Shown in pieces: positions 1 through 12,500 of a DNA stretch of 64,000 nucleotides (positions are counted from its first letter, which is position 1; every line of letters starts with the position of its first letter). Source of the DNA: Vicugna vicugna. Taxonomy: Eukaryota. The stretch is taken from positions 310,001-374,000 of the forward strand of contig MU057711.1 in NCBI GenBank assembly GCA_013265495.1, in the 5' to 3' direction. Made by a program: the position numbers and the translations under genes. The notes beneath the pieces are model-generated. The model saw only the letters and a list, made by a program, of their open reading frames with translations. It was not told the DNA's origin and searched no databases.

Positions 1-1659
1 AGATAAAATCGGTGTCAGTTATTTTCTCTGGGAGATTTCTACTTTGTAAGTTATATTTTTCGGTTTTATTTAAATTTTTTTAGTTGAGGTTACTATTCTT
101 TGAACTTTTTGCCTGATTTCAGCTAGAGTATATTTCAGGTGAGCTTCCATCCTTTATCTCCTCTTTCTCTTGATTGAGACATGAACTCATTCTGTGTAGA
201 ACCTGACCTTCATTTTTATCCCTTAAAATAGTTCCTTTCAAAGCTTTAGAGTTATTCCAAATCAATTTTAAGCACTTTGAGTCATACCCTGGTTTATTCA
301 GTCTCTGTTTGCTCTCAAATTGCCGCCTCCAACTCTTGACTACATATGAGGGTACAGAAGTGGTCTTCCATGTGAGGTGTCTCCAAATGAAAAGAAACGT
401 GATCCTTCATATCCATACAGGCATGATGAAAAGTACTCTGTCATCACAGACTCAGGCATTTCTCTGAGGCTGACTGAGAAGGGTGGGTTATAACTCTTCC
501 AAAGCGCATTTTTTGTAATAAATGTTCTACTCGGGAGAGCCTCTTTAAGTGATAGTCAGCCTTGCTGTGATTTAAACAAAGCCTTAGAGTGAAAGCTGAC
601 TGTTCCCCAGGATTTTACAATGTGGTGTTTTTTAGCCTCTAGTAGGTTTTTCCTTTACTGCTTATTCAGCATTTTAGGCTAATATGTTCTCTCAAAAATC
701 CAGTGTGATTTTCTTTCTTGAATCCGAATCTGACCTGAAACTTCTTTCTCTGCGTGGGAATGAAGTATGTTTAGTTTATTCTAAAAATCGTTTTCTCCCT
801 GTTTTTGTGTCTGCTAGTCTATATGTTCAGTGCCTTCTGTGAGAAATAAGGCACTCTTTTTTATCTTAAGCTGTCACGCCAAATAAAAAAGCCAGGATAG
901 AACATGTGACTTAGTGTTTTAATGATAGCAGAAACCTCCTAATGAAGAAATTTGCCAGGAAGGTTCAATTGTTCACTGTCCTGAAAGTCATCCTGGAACT
1001 CACTGTGGCATTAGATTCCAGCTGTAGGCATGAACAGTGTCCCTGCCCAACTTAATGTGTATGTTTCCCCCCATATGCTGGACTCACATGTCAGCTCTAA
1101 ACACTGGGGCATTGTCACTTGGAGAGAAGTCTAATTTTTTTTTAAATAAGCAATAATTAATTTAAGAAAGTTACTTCTGCTAAGGATAGAAACTAGACTT
1201 TGTCTTCCTGTCTGTATCATGGTCTAGCTCACAGGAGATGTTCAATGAAATTTGACAGATTGCTTAACATAGGTTATAAGTAGGTTCAGGTCGTTTGCCT
1301 TGAGCTCATGATGGGGAAGTTTAGGAAAAACACAAGCTAGCATGTCTCTCTACTCATTAGAGAAAGAAAGAAAGGGCTCTTAATTTTGGTAAATGCATTT
1401 GGTTTGTACATTTCCCTTCAGGAAATGACAAAGTTAGATAGGGGCTCGTTTATATGAAAATCTAGTCATATAGAGAGAGGATAGAAGGATGTGGCACTTT
1501 CTCCATTTATTCATTAATGTTGTACCATTAATCACATCAAAGTATGGTACAAATTGCCTTATAATGTAGCATTCCCAGTAAGGATCTAAGGGAATGCATG
1601 AATGAGTAACATGTTACTGCACTCAAAATTTCCCTCCGCCCCTCCTCCATACCACAGAT

Positions 1660-1880
1660 ACAATTTATTGAACACCTTTTATATGCTAGGCAATATGCTA
1701 AAAATACTTCATATGTATTATCTGATTTAATCCATACAGCAGCCTTGAGGTAGACACTGGGACCCCCATTTTAAACAACCTGAGATTCAGAGAGCTTAGG
1801 TGACTTCTCCTAGTCAAATCAGTACATGAAAGAACTGGGGTTTATTCCCAGGACAGCCTGACTCCAGAGTTCTTGTTCTT
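1660..1880 (-). mobile_element. MIR SINE
   Basis: ATTTATTGAACACCT..TGCTAGGCA..CCCCATTTTA..GGTGACTT core motifs. Confidence 0.65.
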
Positions 1881-4800
1881 CAGCCTTAAGTCCTTTGTGC
1901 ATGTTTTCATGTAGGTGTACTGTCGCTCTTTTCTCAAGGAAAGAGGCCCTACTGTTTATGTCTAAAACCTTTGACCTTTATGGTCCCTCTTACATGATTT
2001 CAACCTATGACCCATTTTTGTACTCAAGTATTCATGTAGTAGCTGTGATGTGCATTGGTTCCTGATGTGTTTTGTCTTCAGTTTGTCATTTCTCCAGTGT
2101 AGGATCAGTACTGTGTAGCTTGTACAGTCCAAGACACACCAAGGATGCTGAATAGTTACAAGTTAACAAACATAAGAAATAAGATTGCCCCCTTTATTTA
2201 TCATGAAACCAAGAAAATGGGGATGACTTAGAACTTATTCTAAGTTAGCCCCTGTACAGTGCAAGAGATACATTAAGATGCTGTGAAAATTCAGCCAAAT
2301 AATTTGCCCATGGTCACAAGACCAAGAACCAGGACTTGAACCTGGGGTGAATGATTCTGGAGTTTATGCTTCCCCACCCTCCTTCCACTCTCTTGTCTAG
2401 AAAATAGGTAGACTGTCACTGCTTCTGCTTCCTCATTGGATTGTGGAGATTCTGGATAAGGAAAGGGAATATCTTTTGCAAAGGACCAAACTAAAATGGT
2501 TAATTGCTATGACATTTGGTAATTTGAGAATCTCTATCCTGTGACTTTTGGAGGACAAGTACCTCTGGGGATTTCTTCACACCACAAATCCTAAAGAAGA
2601 GGATCCCACCCTGCACTCCACTCATCCCTACCCCCACCCTCAACCAACACATACACACATACTCACCCTTGTCTTTCAGTACTTGGTTTGCAAAGACCCT
2701 CTATTCCTGCAAGACACATTCACCCTGGATGTATCCCTTTCCACCATAGTTGATTCTCCTTCAAGGCCCAGTGGAATGATCCCTGAGCATTTCATATAGA
2801 AACATTGACTCAAAATCCCTTTTGGATCCTCTGCTGCCATCTGACATGGTCTCACCCTTCCATCACCTGGTGGGACCTCATAAGGCACATAGCAGATACT
2901 CAAAAATCCCTGTGCCCACAGTGCTGTTACACCACATTAACAGAAAGGGTTTGGAACCCTGTCTCTACCTAGGAATAGCCGACAACCTCAGAGAATTGCA
3001 GTTATCCTGTCTGTGGTGCTTGTGATAGTGTCCCTCTGAAAAGAAAAAAGGTATTTTGTGTCTTTTTAATGTATTTTAATTATACTTTATCGTTAATAAA
3101 TTTTACTTCAGACCTCAGCTCCTTAAGTGAATGGCTTCCTTGAACATTAATTTACTGCCAGCAGCAAACACGTGCTGTATTAATATATTTCTTTACAAAA
3201 TTTACCTTGAATTAGCCCCTGGAAGGTTTTAGTTTACTTAAAATTGATGAACAAATTACTCATTTATAGAGTCCTTGAATGTCAAATTTCTTACAAACTG
3301 TTGAATTTACTGCTCTTCTAAGTCACCCGTTTGTGTTTGTAGCATGATTTTAAAAGAAAGAAGGGAGGGCATTTACAGAAAACACTCTTTTTTTTCAGTT
3401 CCTTATGTTAATTAAAGCATTTCAGACTCATTTATATCTGACTTTTTACTGTTGTGTCTTTCTTTTAAATGTTGATGATGATGATTGAAGAAACTGATGG
3501 TTCAGTCAGCTCTTAGCACCATATTCTTCCTGAAATGCCAGCATTCTTCAGGCTGAATGGACATAAAATACAGGAACATTTATCTAAGTTGTGGTGTAGC
3601 TTACCCATAATTCTCCTGTACTATGTATTATGTTTTATCTCTCTGTTTTAACCTCTCTAAGTTTTTTCGGTTTTTAAAATTTATTTCTCTACATCACCCA
3701 CTGCCTCAATTGCTTTAAACCAATGCCACCATGTTTCTTTTCTCTTTTTTCCAAGGTTAATCCTGCCAATGCAATTTCTTCAACCTTACTGCTGTCAGGC
3801 ACTCCAGTGAACAGAATTAACCTGCTCACAGGAATGGTATTCCAGTCTGATAATGATTTGATTTGCTGTCTCATTATTGATTTGTGCTCCAGCTTTCATG
3901 TTGAAATAGATCAAGTTCCTGACAGGCCCATTACTGTGAAGACCTCCAATCAACTGCTTTCTGCTCTGGGTCTGTCATTCAGGCTTTAGTGAGAGATAGC
4001 CCTTGAGGATATATGTTATGAAGCCTTTTTCATTCCTGCTTTTCATACCACCAGGACATCCTCTGTAAGCAGTTATGATCCATGCATGTCTTGTCTTCTA
4101 ACGCCCACAGCTGCATCTGTGGATCACACATCCAGTGGTTAGGGAGAGCCATTGGTGTCATAGGTACCAGAGAGTAACACTGCGTGGGCAGTAAAGGAAA
4201 AAGGAGACAATTACAGTTCTGAGGTCATTAGCATGGTTTGATACTCATTCAAAGGATTTTGCTTTTGACATATGGTATGAGGTAAGGAAGTGAGATGAGG
4301 AGTTCTCCTGCCTCTATTCCATTCTGATTAGATCGGACATAAGAGTTGTGAGTGATCAACATTCACCAAACAGGATCTCACTTTGCCTCATCAAATTGTC
4401 ACTCTGTCCATGTTGACATGAAACAAACAAAACAGTCCCTTCTTGCAACTTCCATTCTCCCATCATATAACTTGGTAAAATGCTTACACAGACCGTTCTC
4501 TGTTCATTTGTTTAACAGTAAACTTGGGAAATACGTCTTAGTATCTTGAAATAACTTCAAAATGATTACTTTAAAAGTTGTTTCTTGCTATGAATCACTG
4601 CTGTGCTTTATGGCATTTTTTTTAGAAAAATGGCAGCTGGTCTGATTTACCAATGATGTCATACTTCCATGTACTTTATTTTATATACTCTCCTCGATTG
4701 GGGCAGGTTGGAAAGAAAAATGCCAATACATGCACAATATGCTAACTAAGCTCACATCAAGAGAGTATTTAGAAGGATAAGCTTGTTTATTCTCAGAACT

Positions 4801-5539
4801 GTAGGGGAATACTAGTCCGCCTCTCCACACTTTTCCAGCAGTGCGGAGGAATTCATCGTCCTCAAGTCAAACCATGATACGTTTGAAGGTTGATCTGGTC
4901 AGTCGTGTGTATCTGGCACTTTCTCATTTGCTTATTAGCAAGTAGAGCATGTCCCTGGTTGGGACAGACTGAATTTATAAGGACCTGGTCCAAGGATAAC
5001 CTTCGTTCTTTTGACCTTCCACAGTTGCTTGCTTTCCCCACTTTGCATTAAGGGCTTTTACATTGAGATTGTCAGATCAGGTGTGGTGACTCTGTCATTA
5101 GCAATCAGGGCAAGAAGGCAGATTTTCCCATGCAAAGGAATCGATGCCCTTTTGTATCAGTAGTTCTAAAAATGGATAAAATGTCTTTGGTTTTCTTAGC
5201 TGTGTTATTCACTTGGTTATTTACTTTCTCTAAGCCTCTGATTGCTGTGTAGTAGTTCACATCTGAGGCTGTTTTGCTGTTTGTATTGTAGTCTTTGAAG
5301 AGTTCCAAGCTAAAAATATTAGTTTGGCCAGTATTTTTGAATAAATAATGTGTTTTAACAATCTGGCAAATAAGTTATATGTGCTCCAATGAATGAAGAA
5401 CAGCCACCTTTCTTTGGTGGCTGTTGAGTGCAATGCTTTCTATAATTTGCTCACAGAACTGTGAGATTTTGTAAACAGAAGCCTGAGGGGAAATTTTTAG
5501 ATCTCCAACTATCTTTACTCATGATACTGAAGATTTTAA

Positions 5540-5695
5540 GAGGGAGGGTATAGCTCAGTTGGTAGAGTGCTTGTTTAGCATGCAAGAGGTCCTGGGTTCA
5601 ATACCCAGTACCTCCATTAAAAATAATAAACAAACAAACAGAAAAAAACCTAATTATCTCCCCCCCAAAATAACAAAAAATTTTAAAAAATAAAA
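5540..5695 (+). mobile_element. tRNA-derived SINE (camelid Vic-1-like)
   Basis: tRNA-like head with A box (TAGCTCAGTTGG) and B box (GGTTCAATACC), A-rich tail, and a perfect 12-bp TSD TGAAGATTTTAA at 5528-5539 and 5696-5707. Confidence 0.88.
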
Positions 5696-8600
5696 TGAAG
5701 ATTTTAAAAGTAAATGTAATAGATAATGTTTAGTTTTAATAACTCAAGTTTTTGGAGGACCTTAAAAAAAATGTTTTAAGAAACTTAAAGTTACTTAGTT
5801 TAGAAGAGGATACCTCCTGAGTTAAATGGATGTGGCACTTAGACTTGAATTAAAATTGTATTACCTTCCTAGAAAAGTCAAATAAAAGGAGTTTGCTAAC
5901 ATAATTTGAATATAACAATTGAACATAACAACTGAACTCTATAATTTCAGAAACCTTTTAACATAACACTGTCTTATTTATTCCTTAAAGTAATTTCATA
6001 AAATGAGCTGAACAAGTAATAGTAATATTCCCATTTGAAAAATAACTTGCAAATGGGGTTCGGTTGATAAGTGACAGAATTAGTATTCATGTCTGTCTTT
6101 ATTGTTTTTGCTTTTCATTATGAAAAAATTTAAATGTGTAGTAAGAGAATAATTTGGTAAATGTCCATGTAGCCATTATTTAAATGGATATAAGCAATTG
6201 TTAGTAATTTACATTTACCATATTTGCTTCATCTTTTTTGTTGTTGTAGATTATAAAATAAATCCCAGACATTTTGATTTTTACCCCTCAATATTTTAGT
6301 AAATATATATCTAAAGTAAGAAAAAAGGACACTTTCTTAATAACCACAGTACCATTATCACACTCACCAAAATTAGCAATAATTTTAATATTACCTGATA
6401 CTCAATTTTTATTTATATTTCTCTGGTTGTCTCCAAAATGACTTTAAAAAAAAAACTAGGATCCCAAACAAGGCCCACACATGGCATTTGTTGTTACATT
6501 TCTTAAGTCACTTTTAATCTAGAACAGTCCACCCTACCCCCATTTTTCTTTTCATGCCATTATCTTGTTTGTGGGGAACTAAAGGCTGGTCTTTAGATTT
6601 TTACATTGATGTTTCTTCTGTTATAAGCTGCCTCAAATGTAGATTGTAAATGCCTAATAAAGAAATAGAATAATAAATAGAAGACAACTTCTCTAATCTG
6701 TAGAATTAAAAATAGAATTTTTTTAAATTAAGGAGAGTCCATGGAGCAGTTTATTGTAACTGAAATGTTGCTGTAACAACTGATTTCATAAGCAACTTTA
6801 AAACATCTGAAGTAACTATATCCTTATGACTTTAATGCTTGAATAATAATTTGACTAAATGCAGTTTGTAATAATGAAGGTGAACAGGTAAAGAAATTCT
6901 AGTCTTTGGCAATAGTATAGGTTTAGCTCAGCTTTTCTTTTCAGCTGGTTTGAGAAGTGCAAATTGTAAATCCTACTTCTGTCACATGTTCTTCTGTTGC
7001 ACATATCAGGAAGTGCACATTTATTTTATTGTTTGTAAATACCTTGTCATCTTTACTGTTCTTACATAAGAGCAACTGTTAAATATGTATCATGTACTAT
7101 CAGTGGTAATAGTAATGATCTGTATTTTTTTAATTATTCTGTCTCATCCTGTGTCTCTCTCATGCCTCTATAATCTGTCTCAGTGTCATGCAACACATAA
7201 TCTGCTTTTGATTGGCAAACTAATTAAGTTCCAAACTTCCATAAATGGCGACAACAAAGAACAGGGAAGAGGGTAGGAAAAAGAGCTGAGAGTTGCCTTA
7301 GCAGAGGGCAGTGAGCCTGGAGCAGTCACAGAGCAGGGACACATTGCCGTGTGGCCTCTGCCCGGCCCAGCAGGCAGGGTGATGTGCTTGGTTAATATCA
7401 CTTCTGGCTCAACTGGGAAGGCATTTTTCTTACCATCTTCTGCATTGAGAGACATGAAGGTCATCCCTTGAGGATGCATCAGTGTTGTGTTGCAAACCAT
7501 CATTGGCAGAAAGAAGGACTATAATCCTTATTTCCACCTAACTTTTTCATCTCTGTACCTATAATAACCTTGTGGGCAGTCTTTTGAAGAAGTGAATCAA
7601 GAGAAAGATATTGATATATCTGAATGCAGGAACTTCTCTACTTTAAATCTTGGTTGCTGTAACTAGATATTTCTACCTGTGGCCTGGCTCCACAGAGCAC
7701 GAGTGAATGAAGACACATTCTTTCCAGATGCTGAGCTTCTCCGTCTCTGTCTGCTATTCAGTGTTCACAAAGGGTGTAAGGATGAAGCACAGGAATCTGC
7801 TTTTATTTGTGTAAAACTAATTCCCTCACTTTTCCTCACGGTATGCAGAGTTCTGGTTCCCTAAGGCACAGTATTCTTTCCAGAGTTTTCTTTGGTTTGC
7901 ATAACTAGTTTACCTAAGTTCTTTCCTCAGAAAACAGTAAATGAAATGAGATGAAACTGTAAAAATACTTATTAAAAGCTCCTCAAATTAAAGAATAAAA
8001 TACTTACACATAAAATAATTAAATATTTTAGACATTTCTAAGCATATAACTATACCAGGCACGCAAATAGTGCTTTTCTAAAGAATTATATTGAAGCTCT
8101 TTCTGTAATGAAAACATTTTCTATGGTCAGCATTTAAATATCTGGTAAAGAATAGATTCTTCTGAAATCTTTTGATTAAAGTATGTTCCCATCTATGCTA
8201 CTATAATTAAATTATAACTGTGTTCCTATATTTCAAAGGCACACACTTCTCCTTCCAATTACAAGGGACTGACTGCAAAATAAAGGAAGTAGGTAAAAAA
8301 AAAATTTGTCTTTACTGGGAAAGAAACATTTATATATAATAGCATATCTCAGCCCATTTTTAAAATGAATTATTTTTATTCTATTTGTTTTTTGCATGTG
8401 TCGAGTATTAAGAAAATAATAGTAGTGTGGCAGCTCTTTGTGCACTGTATACCACTGTACCAAATTAGTAGACTCTCATTTGGTAAGAACCTGAGTCCCT
8501 GCCTGTTTTCAGGTTTTATTACCTAACTATATATGCAAGAGCAGGCCTCATTTTTTAAGAGTCTGATGATGTCACGTAATCTTGATGGAGGTAATTATAT

Positions 8601-8742
8601 CAGCAGTTCAGGAAATTTAAATGGCCTTTTCATCATTCCTTGTTGGATGGGTCAGTGCTGTTAAGCGTATTGTCGTGAGAAGCACAAGTTGATTTTATTT
8701 CAGGAGCTACTGATTCATGCTTCTTCCCCTGTTTTGTTTCAG

Positions 8743-8877
8743 GTGGATCATCCATGCTATGGAGTATGAACTACAGATCCGTGGTGGAAACAAGCCAGCC
8801 AAGGACTTATATCAGCTCTCACCTAGTGAAGTGAAACAGCTTCTGTTGGATATTCTCCAGCCTCAACAGAGTGGAAG
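8743..8877 (+). CDS. PHKB: Phosphorylase kinase beta subunit, internal coding exon (fifth from last)
   Basis: Acceptor tttgtttcAG at 8741-8742, donor GTaatg at 8878. 135 nt, phase 2/2. Translates (G)[44 protein letters not shown](R), recognisable as C-terminal PHKB. Confidence 0.97.
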
Positions 8878-8934
8878 GTAATGAGGGTCCTTTGTTACCT
8901 ACAGGACACTCTGGATTTATAACAACATTATATG

Positions 8935-9044
8935 TATTTCTTAACAATGTCTTACTAATTATATATATATTATATATTATATATTATATAAATAAAAATA
9001 TTTATAATATGTATGTGTAATTAGTAAGACATTGTTAAGAAATA
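8935..9044. repeat. 27-bp perfect inverted repeat with an AT-rich spacer
   Basis: TATTTCTTAACAATGTCTTACTAATTA (8935-8961) is the exact reverse complement of TAATTAGTAAGACATTGTTAAGAAATA (9018-9044). Confidence 0.95.
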
Positions 9045-9574
9045 AAATACAGCATTGTATCAGAGACCACTAGACCACTATACTAGATGGGCCATATACA
9101 CAGAGACACTGATTAAAATGTTTGTCTTCAGTTGTGATTTTGTGTTATCCTGAATTTTCTACGTTTTTTGGGTATAGTTTGTAAATATTACTTCATTTTT
9201 ATTATTCTGTGCAGAATGTAACACTTCATACCACTTTGGTCAATATCCTTTCTGATCCTCTGTAGTGCTCACCATCTCCTCCCAACATTTTGGTGTGGAA
9301 GTTTGGCTTTGGTAATGTTATATAAACAATCTTGTCTGTAACTCTGTCACTCTAATTAGACTGTAAACTTCTTCTGGGCCAGACCCTGTCTTAGACTTAA
9401 CTTATCTAAACTTAGAATAAGAGCAAAATAAATATGGATTGTATTGAATTGAAGAGTTATTTTTATTACAGGAAGAACTTTAACATAATTATTTAGGCAA
9501 GCATTTACTGAGCAGTCTTTGTGTGCTTGGTACTTTCCAAGGTGTTATAGTGATATGCTTAAAATGCCTCGAAA

Positions 9575-12500
9575 AGAAGTCTTCTACAAAAGTAGATCTG
9601 AACAAATGGAAAGGCATCCTTGTTCTTAGATAGGAACACTCAACATTTTAAAGGTGTCTGTTACAAATTTAATGCATTTCCAGTAAAGTTCCAACAAGCT
9701 GTTGGAGTTAAACAAGTTAATATTAAGCTTCATATTGATATAAAAAAATGTGAGAATTACCAGAAAAAAAATAAAATAAAGACTTGTCCTAAGAGATAAT
9801 AAAAATATTTAAAAGCCTCTATAATTAAAATAATATGATACTAGTACATGAGCAGATAAATAGAACAGTTGAACAGACTGGAAAGTCCAGAAATAGACCC
9901 CAGGCACATATGGAAATTTAGTGTATGATAACAGTGACATCTCAAATCACCAGGTCAAGGATGGACTTTTTAAATAAACAGTGATGGGACAACTAGATAG
10001 TCATTTGGAAAAGACAAAATAAAATCCATATTTTATACTGTATACAAGAATAAACTCCAAAGAAATTAATGATCTAAATGTAAAAAAATGACACTACTAG
10101 TGCTAAAAGAAGACATGGATAAATTCTCTTGTAACCTTAATATGGGAAAGGCTTTCTAACTGACACTCAAACCCTGGGCCAATAAGAGATTAATAAGACT
10201 ATATATAAATTAAAAACAACATTTTGCATGGTAAAAAAAAAAAGGACAATGCCAAAGACAACTGAGAAACTGGAACAAAACATATGTTACAAAGAGCTAA
10301 TATCCAGGAATCTTAAAAATTGAGGGACAAAGAACCAAAAACCTAAGGAAATACATAATTGATCAATTCATTTAAAATATTTTTAAAATAGATCTTAAAT
10401 ATTCAGAAAGATGTTCAAACTAACTCATAACTGGAGAAGTGTAAATTAAAACATATTGAGATAGCATTTCTCATCTATCAGACTGGCAAAAGTTAAACAG
10501 TGTAATGAACATTTGCTGACGCCGTGGGGAAACACACTCTCACATATAGCTGGCGAGTACACCCTTCTGTATGGGAATTTGGCAGCATCTAAAAAAAGTC
10601 TACTTGTGCACTTACTCTTTGACCCAGCAGTCTTACTTTTAGCAGTTTACCCTGGCGATAAGCCTCCAACAATATGAAAATATATATGCACAAGTTTATT
10701 CATTGTATCATTGTTTATAATTGCGAATTTTGTAATGCTCGTGACCTAAGGCTGGGGGATTATTTGAAAAATTGTACATATCCACACAATGGAATACTAT
10801 GTGAAAAAAGAATGAGCATGGTCTCTATAAACTGATATGGGGTAATTTCTAGGCTATCTTGTTAAATAAAAACAGCAAAAGTACAATAGAATATAGTATG
10901 CTACACTTCATTTGTGCAAATGAAATATAGGAAAGATAAACCAGAAACTGATGAGATCAGTTACCTTCAGAGAGGGTGGGAACTGGATGGAAGGAATGCA
11001 GGTATAGTGCAGTAGGATTACAGGGCAGAGCAATATATACATTTTTGTATACCTCTGGGTCTTAAACTGTGCTAATGTTTTATATTCCCCACACATAAAT
11101 AATTAATTAAAATTAATCCAGGTGGAATGTACCCAAAATAGGTTACAACCAGTGACAAATGAACCTCACTGTATTACAAACGGGTAATATTACCACATTG
11201 AAGGAGGAGGGGAAGACAAGAATTAACCAACATACCTTTGGAAAACATTGACTGGACACTGTAAAGCTAAACCAAAAAAAGCACTGCACATGAATACTGT
11301 ACTCTATAATAAATTTCTCTCTCATAGAGGTAGGAATTAGCAATTCTGAAATTTTAAGATATATATAAATTATATGTAAATACATTAAACTATATATATA
11401 AATATATAAATAAACTATATAAAAATTATATATATATAGTGTGTGTATATGTACACACTAAGATTGAATAAAAAAGTAAATAATATTGTGGCTAATGAGA
11501 GCCAGGGTTTTCACTGTTGGAGAATGTAGTTACAAAGAAGGAAAGAGGGTGGCTAGAAAATACCCTGTGGTATTGGATTGGAATTGGAAGTATCACTATG
11601 AGAATTCATGTTTTTTAACTAAATGGATAGATACAGAAAAATGTGATTGTGTATACCTGTATGTGAGCATACAGCCGTATCTTTCCTAACTCTGTCCACC
11701 GAGAGGACCTAGAAGTAATGAAACACCAACAACAATGAACAAACCTAGTGCCCACATATCAATTTCTCAATACCATTTTTCTAATTTTTCCAAGGTTTTG
11801 GTTTTTTTTTTTTCGGAGAAATGGTTGATTCCAGGGCTGGGGCAGAAAAAATACAAATGAGCCTGGAGCTTCTTGTGGTACCAGAAAGTGCTCCAAAAAT
11901 ATTATAGAGATGTGTTAGAGGGATACTGGAGACAATGTGAAGGAGGCTCAATGGCCAAAGCTGGAGCAATTTGAACAACAAAATAAATAATGATAATATT
12001 GGATTATATCCCATAGAATAAATATCCATGAGTCAGTACTGATATAAGTAGATAAATGGGAAAGAAGGGACTCTTATTGCAATAGAATTCCAGTTAGTAA
12101 GTGTAGATAGAAATGCTCGATATTACTAATTATCAGAGAAAGGCAAATAAAACTATAATGAAGTATCACCTCACACCAGCCAGAATGGCCATCATTCAAA
12201 AGTCCACAAATGACAAACGCTGGAGAGGCTGTGAAGAAAGGGGAACCCTCCTACACTGCTGGTGGGAATGCAGCTTGATGCAGCCACTGTGGAAAACAGT
12301 ATGGAGATTCCTCAAAAGACTAGGAATAGACTTACCATATGACTTAAGTAATCCGACTCTTGGACATATATCCAGAAGAAACCCTACTTCAAACAGACAC
12401 CCATACCCCAATGTCATAGCAGCACTATTTACAATAGTGAAGATATGGAAACAGCCTAAATGTCCATCAACAGATGACTGGATAAAGAAGTAGTGGTATA

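Noticed and set aside
4839..4897. Exon-like segment (TTTTCCAG ... CTG|GTCAGT) with several CpGs
   Set aside because: It is 59 nt, frameshifting, contains a stop and has no recognisable protein similarity. It cannot be told apart from a chance pseudo-exon.
5540..5615. tRNA-Ala-like sequence as a real tRNA gene (also 40408 and 49985-50058)
   Set aside because: Each is followed by the SINE body and A-rich tail and is flanked by TSDs.
8701..8742. Upstream AG at 8702-8703 as an alternative PHKB acceptor (+39 nt)
   Set aside because: It adds an in-frame TGA at 8711-8713 and lies upstream of the likely branch point (TACTGAT, 8708-8714) of the canonical site. Nothing supports its use.
11355..11460. 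AT-rich quasi-palindromic tract
   Set aside because: It is low-complexity (TA)n expansion within an old L1 3' UTR, so self-complementarity is trivial.
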